64,000 bases of DNA from an uncultured bacterium (GTDB taxonomy: Bacteria > Patescibacteriota > Saccharimonadia > UBA4664): assembly GCA_963720265.1 (NCBI GenBank), contig CAVRET010000002.1:1006069-1070068 (forward strand), read 5' to 3'. The position numbers were made by a program, and so were the translations under genes. The notes under the pieces are model-generated. The model was not told the origin of the DNA. It did not search any database and saw only the letters and a program-made list of their open reading frames with translations. Shown one piece after another: positions 9,301 through 18,580 of the stretch (the stretch's first letter is position 1; each line of letters opens with the position of its first letter).

Positions 9301-12129
9301 TTATTGGCTAACTTGGGGTGTGAGTTCGGCAAGCGCTTGCTGCATGGTTTCAACCGTGACGCCACTCGCTTTGATGGCCGCCAACTGGTCGTTTAGCTGG
9401 TCGGGGGTGACGTTGTAGATGCCGCCGTCGATGGTTGAGTTCACGTCCGGGTCCACCGAGTGGTAGACGAGGATCAGCCAGGTGTTGGTGGCCTGGGCCT
9501 GAGCTACCCAGTCGGCGATTTGGGCTGTGGTCGTGGTGTTGTAAACGTTTTGGACCTTGAGGTCATAGACGTTGAAGTTGTCTTTGCTGTTGTAGCCGTC
9601 TTCGACACCACGCGCCGCCGTGTAGTCGGCCTTGGCCGCACTGATAACCGAGGTATTGTAGAGACCATACGGGTAGGCAATGTCGGTCACTGGGTGGCCA
9701 GTAATGGATTCGAGGGTAGACTGTGATCCGGACATTTCCGTCTTGAGCTGCTTGGCGGTTTCTTGCGTAAGGTCGTCGTGGGTAACCGTGTGGGAGGCAA
9801 TTTCGTTACCTGATGTATAGAGATCTTCAACCTCAGCGTTGGTCAGGTAGCCGGTCTGGCCAAGCAGGTCGGTGATAATAAACTGGGTCGAGGTGAAGCC
9901 GTACTGCTCGAGCAGCGGCAGAGTCTCAGTGTATTGGTTGACGTAGCCGTCGTCGAAGGTCAGGGTAACGAGCGGACGGTTGAAGCCTACCGGGGTATAC
10001 GGGGTGAGGCTGAAGTTACTCGTTGTCAGTGAACCGACGCTTTGGATCAGGTGATAGATCGTCATAGTCTGCGCACCTTCAGGAACCGCGAATTCGGTGG
10101 TGAAATTGGTCCAGGTCGTAGCGGGTTCGGGCTGGCCGATGATGTCGTAGATGATAGAGCCGTCCGACATGTTGAAAACAGCTTCAACTTCGGTCTGGAC
10201 ATTTGATTCGTAGTACTCGGAGAACTTGTACTGTTGGTCGACGGTCACGGGAATGGCATCGAAGGCCCACTTGCTATCGCCACTCGTGTAAGCCGTGGTT
10301 TTGACATTTAAGGCCTTAGAGCCGCTGTACCCACTGGTTTGGTAGGTGAAGGTGGTGGTGTTGGTGCCCCAGGTGTCAGTTGACCAGTTTTCGGGGAGTT
10401 TTGCATTGGCCGGGTTTGCCGTCTGGACGAGCGGGTTAGGGACCAGGTTGCCGCCTGATGTGGCAGCATTATTTACGTCGACGCTGACGGCCGCTGAAGT
10501 TGCGGTTTTCCCGTTGGTGTCCGTCGCGATAGCGGTTAACGTGTGCGTGCCGTTGGCAGTTGTCGTCGAGTTCCAGGTGTATTGGTAGGGTGCGGCCGTC
10601 ACGGGCGAGCCCAGATTTACCCCGTCGAGCTGGAATTGGACGCTTTTAATGCCGGTGTTGTCGGTGGCGGTGGCCGTAATGGTTTGCGTGCCGGTGACGT
10701 CTTGGCCTCCGGTCGGTGCGGTTAGGGTAACCGAGGGCAGGCTGCTGGCCGCTAGCGAGTAGTCATCGGTGGTTAAGCTTCCGACAGACTCAATGAGGTG
10801 ATAGACCGTCGCACTTGTGGCGCCGGTTGGGGCCACAAAGTTAGCGCTAAATTGCTTCCAGCTGGTGCTCGCGGCCGGTGCGCCGAGGTAGAGATACTGA
10901 GTCGATCCGTCCGACATAGTGAAGGCAACATCGACTTCAGTCGCGACATTTGATTCGTAGTAGTCGCTAAAGGTATAAGTGAGGCCGCCTGTGACCGAAA
11001 CGGGATTGAAGATCCATTTAGCGTCACCGGACGTATAGCTCGTCATCTGCACCTCGACACTATGCGTGCCGGTGTGTCCGGTCTTTAAGTAGGAGAAGGC
11101 CGTGGTATTGGTTCCCCAGCCGCCGGTTTGCCAATACTCGGGGGTCGTGGGGCTCGTGGGGCTTGCGGTCTCAACCGATGAGTTAGCGATGAGGTTCGTG
11201 CCGATCGCAACTGGATTATTTACGGTAATAGTGAGAGCAGCTGAAGTCGTGTTCAGGCCGTTGGTGTCAGTCGCCACAGCCGTTAGACTATGGGCGCCGT
11301 TTGTTGCCGCCAGCGTATTCCAGCTGTACTGGTAAGGGGTAGTAGTAACTGGGGAACCCAGGTTTGCTCCGTCCAATTGGAATTGGACGCTTGCAATACT
11401 ACCATTGCCGCTGGTGTCGGCCGCGGTGGCCGAAAGCGTGGTCGTGCCACTAACTGAGGCGCTCGCGGCCGGGCTCGAAATGCTCACGGTGGGAGCAGTT
11501 GCCGCGGCTTGGGCGGTTAAGGAAAAATCATCGGTGGTCAATGAACCAACGCTACCTAAGAGGTGAAAGACGGTAACATTTTTGGCGGTCGAAGGAGCCG
11601 TGAAGGTGGCAGTGGCCTCAGCCCAGCCGGCACTGGCAGCTTCGGCACCAAGGTCTTGATAGGTATAGTTGCCGTTACCATCATCAAACTGGGCTACCAA
11701 TTCGGTTGCAACGGTTGATTCGTAATAATCACTAAACGCGTACTGGCCACCACTTGTAATGGCAACGGGCGTAAAGTACCATTTGGCGTCTCCGCTGGTG
11801 TAGCTTGTCATCTGCACTTCAACGCTGCGGGTGCCAGTGTGGCCGGTGTTTAAGTATGAGAACGTGGTCGAGTTCGTGCCCCAATTTCCTTCGAGCCAGC
11901 CTGCGGGCACGGCACTATTGGAAGAGTCAGCGGTTTCGACTGAAGGGTTAGCGATGAGGTTGGTGGGCGTCGTTGTGGCGGCCGCCTGAGTCAACGACAG
12001 CATACTGCTGAGCATTACAAGAACGCTTGCCAAGATGAGAAAGAATTTTTTCATAACTGGTTTTGCCCTTTCCGGAGCCCATTCGCTAACCCACCTAGCA
12101 GTTGATTGAATTGGTATATTACTATACAC
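9301..12129 (-). CDS. Secreted CE4/NodB polysaccharide deacetylase with 3 CBM-like and 2 Ig-like repeats
   Basis: Signal peptide; three NLIANxSVET...SGDAKW repeats; two Ig (VQFQLDG...GAHSLTAVATD) repeats; C-terminal TFDDG, HTVTH, AYPYG and LVYH. The true start is probably MKKFF. Confidence 0.9.
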   Translation of the reverse strand: MYSNIPIQSTARWVSEWAPERAKPVMKKFFLILASVLVMLSSMLSLTQAAATTTPTNLIANPSVETADSSNSAVPAGWLEGNWGTNSTTFSYLNTGHTGTRSVEVQMTSYTSGDAKWYFTPVAITSGGQYAFSDYYESTVATELVAQFDDGNGNYTYQDLGAEAASAGWAEATATFTAPSTAKNVTVFHLLGSVGSLTTDDFSLTAQAAATAPTVSISSPAASASVSGTTTLSATAADTSGNGSIASVQFQLDGANLGSPVTTTPYQYSWNTLAATNGAHSLTAVATDTNGLNTTSAALTITVNNPVAIGTNLIANSSVETASPTSPTTPEYWQTGGWGTNTTAFSYLKTGHTGTHSVEVQMTSYTSGDAKWIFNPVSVTGGLTYTFSDYYESNVATEVDVAFTMSDGSTQYLYLGAPAASTSWKQFSANFVAPTGATSATVYHLIESVGSLTTDDYSLAASSLPSVTLTAPTGGQDVTGTQTITATATDNTGIKSVQFQLDGVNLGSPVTAAPYQYTWNSTTTANGTHTLTAIATDTNGKTATSAAVSVDVNNAATSGGNLVPNPLVQTANPANAKLPENWSTDTWGTNTTTFTYQTSGYSGSKALNVKTTAYTSGDSKWAFDAIPVTVDQQYKFSEYYESNVQTEVEAVFNMSDGSIIYDIIGQPEPATTWTNFTTEFAVPEGAQTMTIYHLIQSVGSLTTSNFSLTPYTPVGFNRPLVTLTFDDGYVNQYTETLPLLEQYGFTSTQFIITDLLGQTGYLTNAEVEDLYTSGNEIASHTVTHDDLTQETAKQLKTEMSGSQSTLESITGHPVTDIAYPYGLYNTSVISAAKADYTAARGVEDGYNSKDNFNVYDLKVQNVYNTTTTAQIADWVAQAQATNTWLILVYHSVDPDVNSTIDGGIYNVTPDQLNDQLAAIKASGVTVETMQQALAELTPQVSQ

Positions 12130-12311
12130 AAGTTGAAATATTTGTCAAGTATTTTGTGGTGAAGAGCTATATTGTGGTGAAGAGCCAAGACAACTAGCTG
12201 CGTGCGATGGTCGTTTGCTTGCATAATCACTATTATTGTTGTAGTGTTCTCTACCGTGCACGCCAGATGAGGTGAGATAGCGGCCAGCCGGGCTGCGGAT
12301 ATTGAACTGGC

Positions 12312-12503
12312 GTGCCACGCTACGCCATGTTTTTTCTTACGCAGCCGAACTCTTCCAGCCCCTATTTGATCTTGTTCCGCATTTTTGTGGCATTTGTTGC
12401 AATCGTTTTGGCGGTCAATGTGGTCGCGTTATTGTTGACCGGACTTTACCGCTTTCGGATTCGGCGGCTTACCCGTAAATATAATCACGAGATGCCTAGA
12501 TGA
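12312..12503 (+). CDS. Small single-TM protein
   Basis: Hydrophobic helix with a basic tail; ATGA overlap with the next gene. Confidence 0.45.
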   Translation: MPRYAMFFLTQPNSSSPYLILFRIFVAFVAIVLAVNVVALLLTGLYRFRIRRLTRKYNHEMPR

Positions 12504-13141
12504 GGCTGCTTCGTTTTCTGGGGACGGCCGTGATGATGACATGGCGTGGCATGGTAATGACCGCCTGCGCGCTTATCAGTGTGTTTGTGCTGGCCTCGGC
12601 CTATGAGTCGGTGTTTGATAAGCCGGTGGCGTTTGTGGACACGATCCAGGCCGTGAACATGTCAGCGTTTGAGCAGTCGTTTAACCTCGTCCAATCTGCA
12701 AACGATAGCTCGAGCGAATTCGGAGCCTTTGGGCAACCGGTGGTACTGAAATTGCCGTCGAGCAGCGTGCGGCTTAATGTTGTACCCGCGATCGTTAGCG
12801 GTAATTCGTTTTTGGCGCAAACCTCGACCCTGCAACTTGTGGTGACCGCGCCGCCTAACGCCGGCAATATCGGTACAGCATTTTTGTATTGCCGGTCGAG
12901 TTTTCGGACGATTTCAGACCAGAATGTGCCGAGTGCCGGCCAGAACATATTCATGGACACTAAATCCGGGTGGCGCTATATCTATAAGATTACGAGCGTG
13001 GGGTTATATCCGCAGACGCGGCCGTTCGTACCGGCCGACCCTGGTGGCAGCAGCGTTGTCATTGATGCCAATGACGCCAAGGCCGGGACAAACTTGATCA
13101 TTACCGGTACATTGCTTTCGGTGCAGGGGACAAACCAATGA
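12500..13141 (+). CDS. Sortase-fold protein lacking the catalytic His/Cys/Arg (pseudo-sortase)
   Basis: N-terminal TM, then PxxLxLP...PP.AGNIGTAFLYCR...GQNIFMDT...YIYKI...VVIDA...NLIITG. This follows the sortase pattern, but GH, TLxTC and R are replaced. Confidence 0.6.
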   Translation: MRLLRFLGTAVMMTWRGMVMTACALISVFVLASAYESVFDKPVAFVDTIQAVNMSAFEQSFNLVQSANDSSSEFGAFGQPVVLKLPSSSVRLNVVPAIVSGNSFLAQTSTLQLVVTAPPNAGNIGTAFLYCRSSFRTISDQNVPSAGQNIFMDTKSGWRYIYKITSVGLYPQTRPFVPADPGGSSVVIDANDAKAGTNLIITGTLLSVQGTNQ

Positions 13142-14424
13142 CCAATGCCGACCTATTCGAGTTCTTTCGCAATGCGACGATCTTTTTTGCCACGCTGATG
13201 CTTACTAAGTATTTTTTGTTTCTCAATTTGGCGGCTTGGTTCCCGGTGCGGGAGCAGCGCCGGCGTTTCAAATTGCTCAAGCGCCAAACAAGGGCCGTGG
13301 GGCGGATCCCGGTGTACCGGCCGCTTGTTTCGGTAATCGTTCCGGCTTGGGACGAAGAGGTTGGCATTTTGCGCACAATGCTTTCGGTGCTGGCCAATGA
13401 TTACCCATATATTGAGCTCATTGTGGTAAATGATGGCTCGACTGACGGATCGCGCGCGAAAGTGGACCGTTTTATCGAGTCGAACGCGGGGTATCTAGGA
13501 CTGAGTGGTAGCCTGATGCGTCAATATTATGTGTCGCGGGGCGGCAAAGGCCGGGCCCTTAATTATGGCGTGCGACACAGCCAGGGCAAGATTGTACTGA
13601 CGCTCGATGGGGATTCGGCCCTGGCGGCGGATGCGATCTCCAAGTTGGTCGAGTATTTTCGCGATCCGGGTGTGTCGGCCGTGGTGGGCCAGGTGCGAAT
13701 TGCGAAAACGCACGGCCGGTTGATCGGGGTGATGCAGCGGCTCGAATACTTGTTTGGCTTTTACTTTAAGCGGGCTCATTGCGTGCTGGGTGCTGAGTAT
13801 ATCTATGGCGGTGCGTGCGCGGCCTTTAGGCGCAGCGACATATTTGATGCCATTGGTTTGTTTGATGAGGCCAACAAAACCGAGGATATTGAGATGTCGA
13901 TGCGGACGAAGTTTTTTGGCTTGAAGTCAGTGTATGCCGAAGATGTAATATGCTACACCGAGGGCGCGTCCACGTACGCGGGCTTGATCGCGCAACGGCT
14001 GCGGTGGAAGAAGGGGCGGTTTGATACCTTCATAAACTACCGGCGGATGTTTTTCTCGCTCGCGCGGCATCATAATAAGCCGCTGGCTTGGATGGTTTTG
14101 CCGCTGGCGCTCATCTCAGAGCTGCAGCTGTTGCTTGAACCGATCGGCGCGACGCTACTCGTGACGTATAGCATTATCGCAGGCGAATACGTTTCCTTGG
14201 CCTTGAGCATGCTGTTTATTGGTATTTCGTATTTGGCCGTGGCATTGTTCGCCAGGAATTTGCGGCTAAGCGAGCGGCTTAGGGTCATGTTCTTGTGGCC
14301 GCTGACGTGGCCGCTGTTTTACGTGCTCGTGTGGGTGGAATTTCATGCGTTACTCCGCAGCATCCATATGGGTTTACGGGGCGAGCCGATCACCTGGCAA
14401 AACTGGGGGCGCGAGGGCATATAA
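13138..14424 (+). CDS. Processive GT2 glycan synthase (IcaA/PgaC-like)
   Basis: PAWDEE, NDGSTD, GKxxALN, DGD, TED and QRLRW motifs; TM helices. Confidence 0.9.
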   Translation: MTNADLFEFFRNATIFFATLMLTKYFLFLNLAAWFPVREQRRRFKLLKRQTRAVGRIPVYRPLVSVIVPAWDEEVGILRTMLSVLANDYPYIELIVVNDGSTDGSRAKVDRFIESNAGYLGLSGSLMRQYYVSRGGKGRALNYGVRHSQGKIVLTLDGDSALAADAISKLVEYFRDPGVSAVVGQVRIAKTHGRLIGVMQRLEYLFGFYFKRAHCVLGAEYIYGGACAAFRRSDIFDAIGLFDEANKTEDIEMSMRTKFFGLKSVYAEDVICYTEGASTYAGLIAQRLRWKKGRFDTFINYRRMFFSLARHHNKPLAWMVLPLALISELQLLLEPIGATLLVTYSIIAGEYVSLALSMLFIGISYLAVALFARNLRLSERLRVMFLWPLTWPLFYVLVWVEFHALLRSIHMGLRGEPITWQNWGREGI

Positions 14425-15603
14425 ATGAAGTTTCGGCAGATCCTTATTATTAATCTGATCTTTTGTGGGCTGGCACTGTTTTCAGTGGGGACTGTTTATG
14501 AATACCTCACCGGACAAAAGCCACTGGCCATACTATCAGCTATCGCGCCGCAGGCGGCGGCCATAAGTGTAACAACGAGCAAATGCAGCAATCAGGCGCC
14601 GCTTGATCTTGCCGGCGTCAAGGCGCCTGAGCTTCAGAAGCTGGCGGTTTACCAGCAGGCGTGCAGCAATTCGTATGTGACCGGTACGATGATGACGTTT
14701 GAGGGCATGCCGACGTCAAATGCCGAGGCTGATTCGACCGCGACCCAGATGGCTATCAAACTCAAAGAATTCGCGGCCCATGGGGTGCGGCCGCTCGTGA
14801 TGGTGGAGCCGACCGATTACACTACTAATGCCCAGCTTGATTTCGCGCAGGTGGCGTCAGGCGCCTATACGCCATATATTGACCGGTATTTCTCCGACCT
14901 GAAAGCTGCCGGCGTAACCGATGCGCAAATGGGCATTTGGAACCCGTTCCCCGAGGCTAACCTCCCCTATTGGAACAACAACCAGCCGCAGTACTTCGCG
15001 CCGGATGTGAATCTGTTTGTGTCTACGATGCGCAAGTATTTCCCGACGGCGCAGGCCTCAATCATGCTCAATTCGGCGACGTATCAGACCACGGATTTTA
15101 ACTGGCAGAACGGCGATTACGAGAGTTTATTGCCCTATGTGAAAGGTATTACGCCACAATCGATCCAGTACGCCGGTCTTGAGGGCTTCCCGTGGCTGCC
15201 GCCGGCCGGGGGTAGTGGGCCGATTTTGAACGCGGCCGAGTTCCTCAACCCGTCGATCATCAGCGAGACGGCCGATTATCTCGGCACGAAGAACATTTGG
15301 TTTAATACGGGCACGTTTAGCGAAAAGTACGCGCTTGATCCGAGCCAGATCGCATATATGACGCCTTCGGTACGCAAAGAAGTGTTGGAAACGGTGGATA
15401 CACAGGCGCAAATTTTGCAGCGCGAGGGTTATAGTGTAGCGGTGAATTTGTTTGCCCAGGATAAGAGTAAAGATTCCGAAGAGACTAATTGGTCGTATTG
15501 GCCGGGCAATGATCCGCAGGGCTCACTTTCGACCGTGGTGCTTGGGGATTTCGTACAGCAGCTGGCGCAGCAAAGGATTGGATTTTGGCTGTTTGACGAA
15601 TAA
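14425..15603 (+). CDS. Membrane-anchored glycoside hydrolase-like protein (GH26-like, tentative)
   Basis: N-terminal TM; PLVMVEP...VASGAYTPYI and WNPFPEAN resemble GH26 segments. Abuts the GT2 stop codon. Confidence 0.55.
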   Translation: MKFRQILIINLIFCGLALFSVGTVYEYLTGQKPLAILSAIAPQAAAISVTTSKCSNQAPLDLAGVKAPELQKLAVYQQACSNSYVTGTMMTFEGMPTSNAEADSTATQMAIKLKEFAAHGVRPLVMVEPTDYTTNAQLDFAQVASGAYTPYIDRYFSDLKAAGVTDAQMGIWNPFPEANLPYWNNNQPQYFAPDVNLFVSTMRKYFPTAQASIMLNSATYQTTDFNWQNGDYESLLPYVKGITPQSIQYAGLEGFPWLPPAGGSGPILNAAEFLNPSIISETADYLGTKNIWFNTGTFSEKYALDPSQIAYMTPSVRKEVLETVDTQAQILQREGYSVAVNLFAQDKSKDSEETNWSYWPGNDPQGSLSTVVLGDFVQQLAQQRIGFWLFDE

Positions 15604-15683
15604 CTCGTATGGTCCAATTTTTTGTTAATGTGATGAATGCACGGACTACGTGATTCGGCTATTGTTTAAAAAAGGAATAAATT

Positions 15684-15857
15684 ATGCGATCAATTTCTTG
15701 GGGCGGTGTCATTTATTTGCTCATCGGGCTGTATATTGCCAACGTTAACGGCTACTTTGTCGATATTGCCAGCTTGAACGGGCTGTTTTCGGCAGTGCTG
15801 GCGGTGCTGTTGTGGCCGCTCGTGTTTTTGGGTGCCAATTTGCATGTGGTGATTTAA
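15684..15857 (+). CDS. 57-aa two-TM membrane protein (not in ORF track)
   Basis: AAAGGA RBS; MRSISWGGVIYLLIGLYIANVNGYF...LLWPLVFLGANLHVVI*. Confidence 0.7.
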   Translation: MRSISWGGVIYLLIGLYIANVNGYFVDIASLNGLFSAVLAVLLWPLVFLGANLHVVI

Positions 15858-15907
15858 ACAAAGGTTTGCGTCCAGGCCGACAATTAGGTAATTGATCTTA
15901 GCATAAA

Positions 15908-15941
15908 ATGAGGCACCCTCCTTGACGGCAGGGTGCCTCAT
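15908..15941. terminator. Hairpin between convergent genes
   Basis: ATGAGGCACCCT...AGGGTGCCTCAT. Confidence 0.6.
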
Positions 15942-17008
15942 ACGTTGCCTCCTTCTTGGAAGTTGAGCGCACTGATCCACAGATCTGGCAGTGAGACTGG
16001 AATTTCGGCCTGCCTGAGTTCAGCTATGGCGCCGGCCGCTGTGCGCCTAGCCTCGGCATTCGTTGCTAGGAGCTGAGTCAGACCGCGAATTGCGCTACCA
16101 AGGGTGGCTTGGCTGATCTCAAGGTATTCGGCCAACCCTGCGAGCAGCGGTTGCGCGAACGACCTGCCGCCGTCGCTTGCAGTCACAGCTGCTGCCAGTC
16201 CAAACCTGATCCGGTTTCTTTCCGACGCAGTCAGACGAACAACGCCGGGCGGTGCACGGTAACGGTCGACGGCCGCGATGGCGGCATCGGCCCAGCGACC
16301 AAGAGGCTTTGGCCAGGTTGCGGCCGCAGGCTCGCAGGCCGGCTGCTCGGTCTTTGCCGCGGGTCGATGTGCCTGTGGTAGTGATCTCGTTCGCCTTCGC
16401 GGCTTCATGGGAGCCGGCTGTGGTCTTCTGCGAGCTGGGGTCGGGGGCCTGCGCACGGCAGGCGCTGGCGGGCTCACCGGTGGGTTTGGCTCCTGCATGG
16501 CGGTTTGCCAAGCCGCTCTGAGTTTGCGCCTAGCCTTCCACAAGTGACTTTTGACCGTGTGCTCAGATATCCTAAGTCTATCCGCCGTTGTCTTCGAATC
16601 CAGACCGAGGAAAACGCGAAGCTGAAGCACCTCACGCTGCCTCGGGGGCAGCTTACGAATGAGCGGTGCCAGTCTGGCCAGCGCTTCATCTGTGTCCAGA
16701 CCGTCAATCGTATCGCCGTCGCCCGACAGATCGGCTACAGCCAGAATGAAATAGTCGGCGTAGCGTTCGGTCTCTTTGGCGCGGCCGCGTATCAGGTCGA
16801 CACACAGTCTCCGGGTAGTCGTGTATAGCCACGCCCTGCGCTTAGGGTCTGTGATCATGCCGGTAAATACGTCATCCCCAAGCGCCCTGACAAAGGCTTC
16901 TTGCACACAATCTTCGAGATCCTCTGTGCTCAAGCCTCGGAACCTGTGCCGCAGGTGGCGCAGCAGCGGGACGGACATCTGCGCAAACAGCTCGTTTTCA
17001 TCCATCAT
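15938..17008 (-). CDS. ECF-type sigma-70 factor with a Pro-rich linker and C-terminal extension
   Basis: Region 2 (EDCVQEAF...AWLYTTTRRLCVD) and region 4 (LPPRQREVLQL...TVKSHLWKARRKLR). Confidence 0.85.
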   Translation of the reverse strand: MMDENELFAQMSVPLLRHLRHRFRGLSTEDLEDCVQEAFVRALGDDVFTGMITDPKRRAWLYTTTRRLCVDLIRGRAKETERYADYFILAVADLSGDGDTIDGLDTDEALARLAPLIRKLPPRQREVLQLRVFLGLDSKTTADRLRISEHTVKSHLWKARRKLRAAWQTAMQEPNPPVSPPAPAVRRPPTPARRRPQPAPMKPRRRTRSLPQAHRPAAKTEQPACEPAAATWPKPLGRWADAAIAAVDRYRAPPGVVRLTASERNRIRFGLAAAVTASDGGRSFAQPLLAGLAEYLEISQATLGSAIRGLTQLLATNAEARRTAAGAIAELRQAEIPVSLPDLWISALNFQEGGNV

Positions 17009-17122
17009 TGGCTCTTCAATCTAGAAAGGTGCCTACGGGTGCACGAACGGATTGTGACAGTAAGTTCTCGGCTGATCAAGCGTAGCGGCAGCAGTTGATG
17101 GTAACGCCACGTTTTGGTATAA

Positions 17123-17980
17123 ATGGCGCACTCGCTTGTTGCGACCCAACAATCCGGATGGGAGTTCTTCATGACAGAGCCGCAGTGGGCTGCAGGTAGC
17201 AGGGACCATTCCGAGGGCGACCAAGTGGACGAACTGGTACGTACGCTTCAAGGTGACATTGAGGCTATATCAGACTTTCAGGACGAGGTCTGGGCGCTGA
17301 TCGCGAAGCTTCGGGGGCCACGGGCCGGAATGGGGAAGGGTCAGGCGGAGGCGTTTGTCCTCCGGCTGATGGCTGTTACCCGCATATCAGTCAAGTCAGA
17401 TGCCGCCGCTATTAAACTGGTGGTTCGAGCCTGGCTTGAGGCGGCGCAACGACCCGCCGGCCACGAGTCTGCCGACGCCCCTAAGGATTACTCAAGGCTG
17501 TGGGCACCGCCACAGGGGTCCGGATTTGTGCGTAACCCGGCAGGAGTCTGGCTACACCGCGTGCAGGGCTTGTCACGTGTCCGGCGGGAAGAGGCCAAGC
17601 TCTCGATTAATGCCGAGATGGCGAGGATAACCCGTGCGCCTGAGTTCCCGCGCGAACACGTTGGGGCACTCGTGCTACACGTGTTCGAAACGCCGCTCGT
17701 GCCGAGTGACGGCTACCGCAGGATGTCTGACAAGCTGGCCGCGATTCACTGGACACTCGCCTATATGGAAGGCGGCCAGCGGCCGGACTGGGAGCCGTGC
17801 ATTCTGTGGCACGGTTCGAAGAGTTTACAAGAAACAGGGTGGAGCGGCACGCACAGGCTGCTCCACCCTGAGGTTTTTTGGATCCCGTATAAGAGTCTTG
17901 TATGCAATAATTCGTCGGGCTTTAAGGGTACCACTGGTTGGCGCGGGGCCTTGCGCAGTCCCTGTGGGCTAAAGACTTAG
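17123..17980 (+). CDS. Hypothetical protein
   Basis: Long ORF; GGGAG RBS precedes the internal MTEPQW start. No family recognised. Confidence 0.45.
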   Translation: MAHSLVATQQSGWEFFMTEPQWAAGSRDHSEGDQVDELVRTLQGDIEAISDFQDEVWALIAKLRGPRAGMGKGQAEAFVLRLMAVTRISVKSDAAAIKLVVRAWLEAAQRPAGHESADAPKDYSRLWAPPQGSGFVRNPAGVWLHRVQGLSRVRREEAKLSINAEMARITRAPEFPREHVGALVLHVFETPLVPSDGYRRMSDKLAAIHWTLAYMEGGQRPDWEPCILWHGSKSLQETGWSGTHRLLHPEVFWIPYKSLVCNNSSGFKGTTGWRGALRSPCGLKT

Positions 17981-18580
17981 GCCTCGTTCGAGTTCTTCGA
18001 GTGCCGCATCAAAGGCGGCGATGGAATCTAGCCGTTTGGGGCGGCCGCTGTCTGCGATGAGGGCGGCAATGCCTGCACCAATAATGGCGCCGGCGAGGTT
18101 TCTGACTCTTAGATCGGTGGGGTCTTTTTTTGACCTGTGGGCGATAAGGGCAGCAAAGAGGTCGATGGATCTGGCCATTTCGTCGAGGACCCTGGCCCTT
18201 AGTTCCGGAATGGTGCGGATAAGGGCGAACCGCTGCATTTCCTGTTCGTACTGACTTGGCTCCAGACTGGCAAACGATTGCCGGATTGCACCCCTTAAGG
18301 CCGGGATGATATCAAGGTTTGCCGGTTGGTTACGAAAGGCTTCAATGATGATCGGGTCGAGCGAATCATACATGACAATGGATTCTTTGGTCTCAAAGTA
18401 GCGAAAGAACGTGGAGGGAGAGACTTCTGACTGTTTTGCGATCTCATCAACCGTGGTTTTGGCATAGCCCTCACTTGCAAACAGCCTAAGAGCAGTTTGC
18501 TGGATGTGTCGCTTGGTCCTTAGCTTCTTAGCTTCTCTTAGTCCTGACATGGGTGTTAGGCAAGAATAGCACTGCGACAA
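17969..18580 (-). CDS. TetR family regulator (MftR-like C-terminus)
   Basis: GLREAKK...TTVDEIA...VSPSTFFRYFETKE. The true start is probably MSGLRE. Confidence 0.9.
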   Translation of the reverse strand: MSQCYSCLTPMSGLREAKKLRTKRHIQQTALRLFASEGYAKTTVDEIAKQSEVSPSTFFRYFETKESIVMYDSLDPIIIEAFRNQPANLDIIPALRGAIRQSFASLEPSQYEQEMQRFALIRTIPELRARVLDEMARSIDLFAALIAHRSKKDPTDLRVRNLAGAIIGAGIAALIADSGRPKRLDSIAAFDAALEELERGLSL

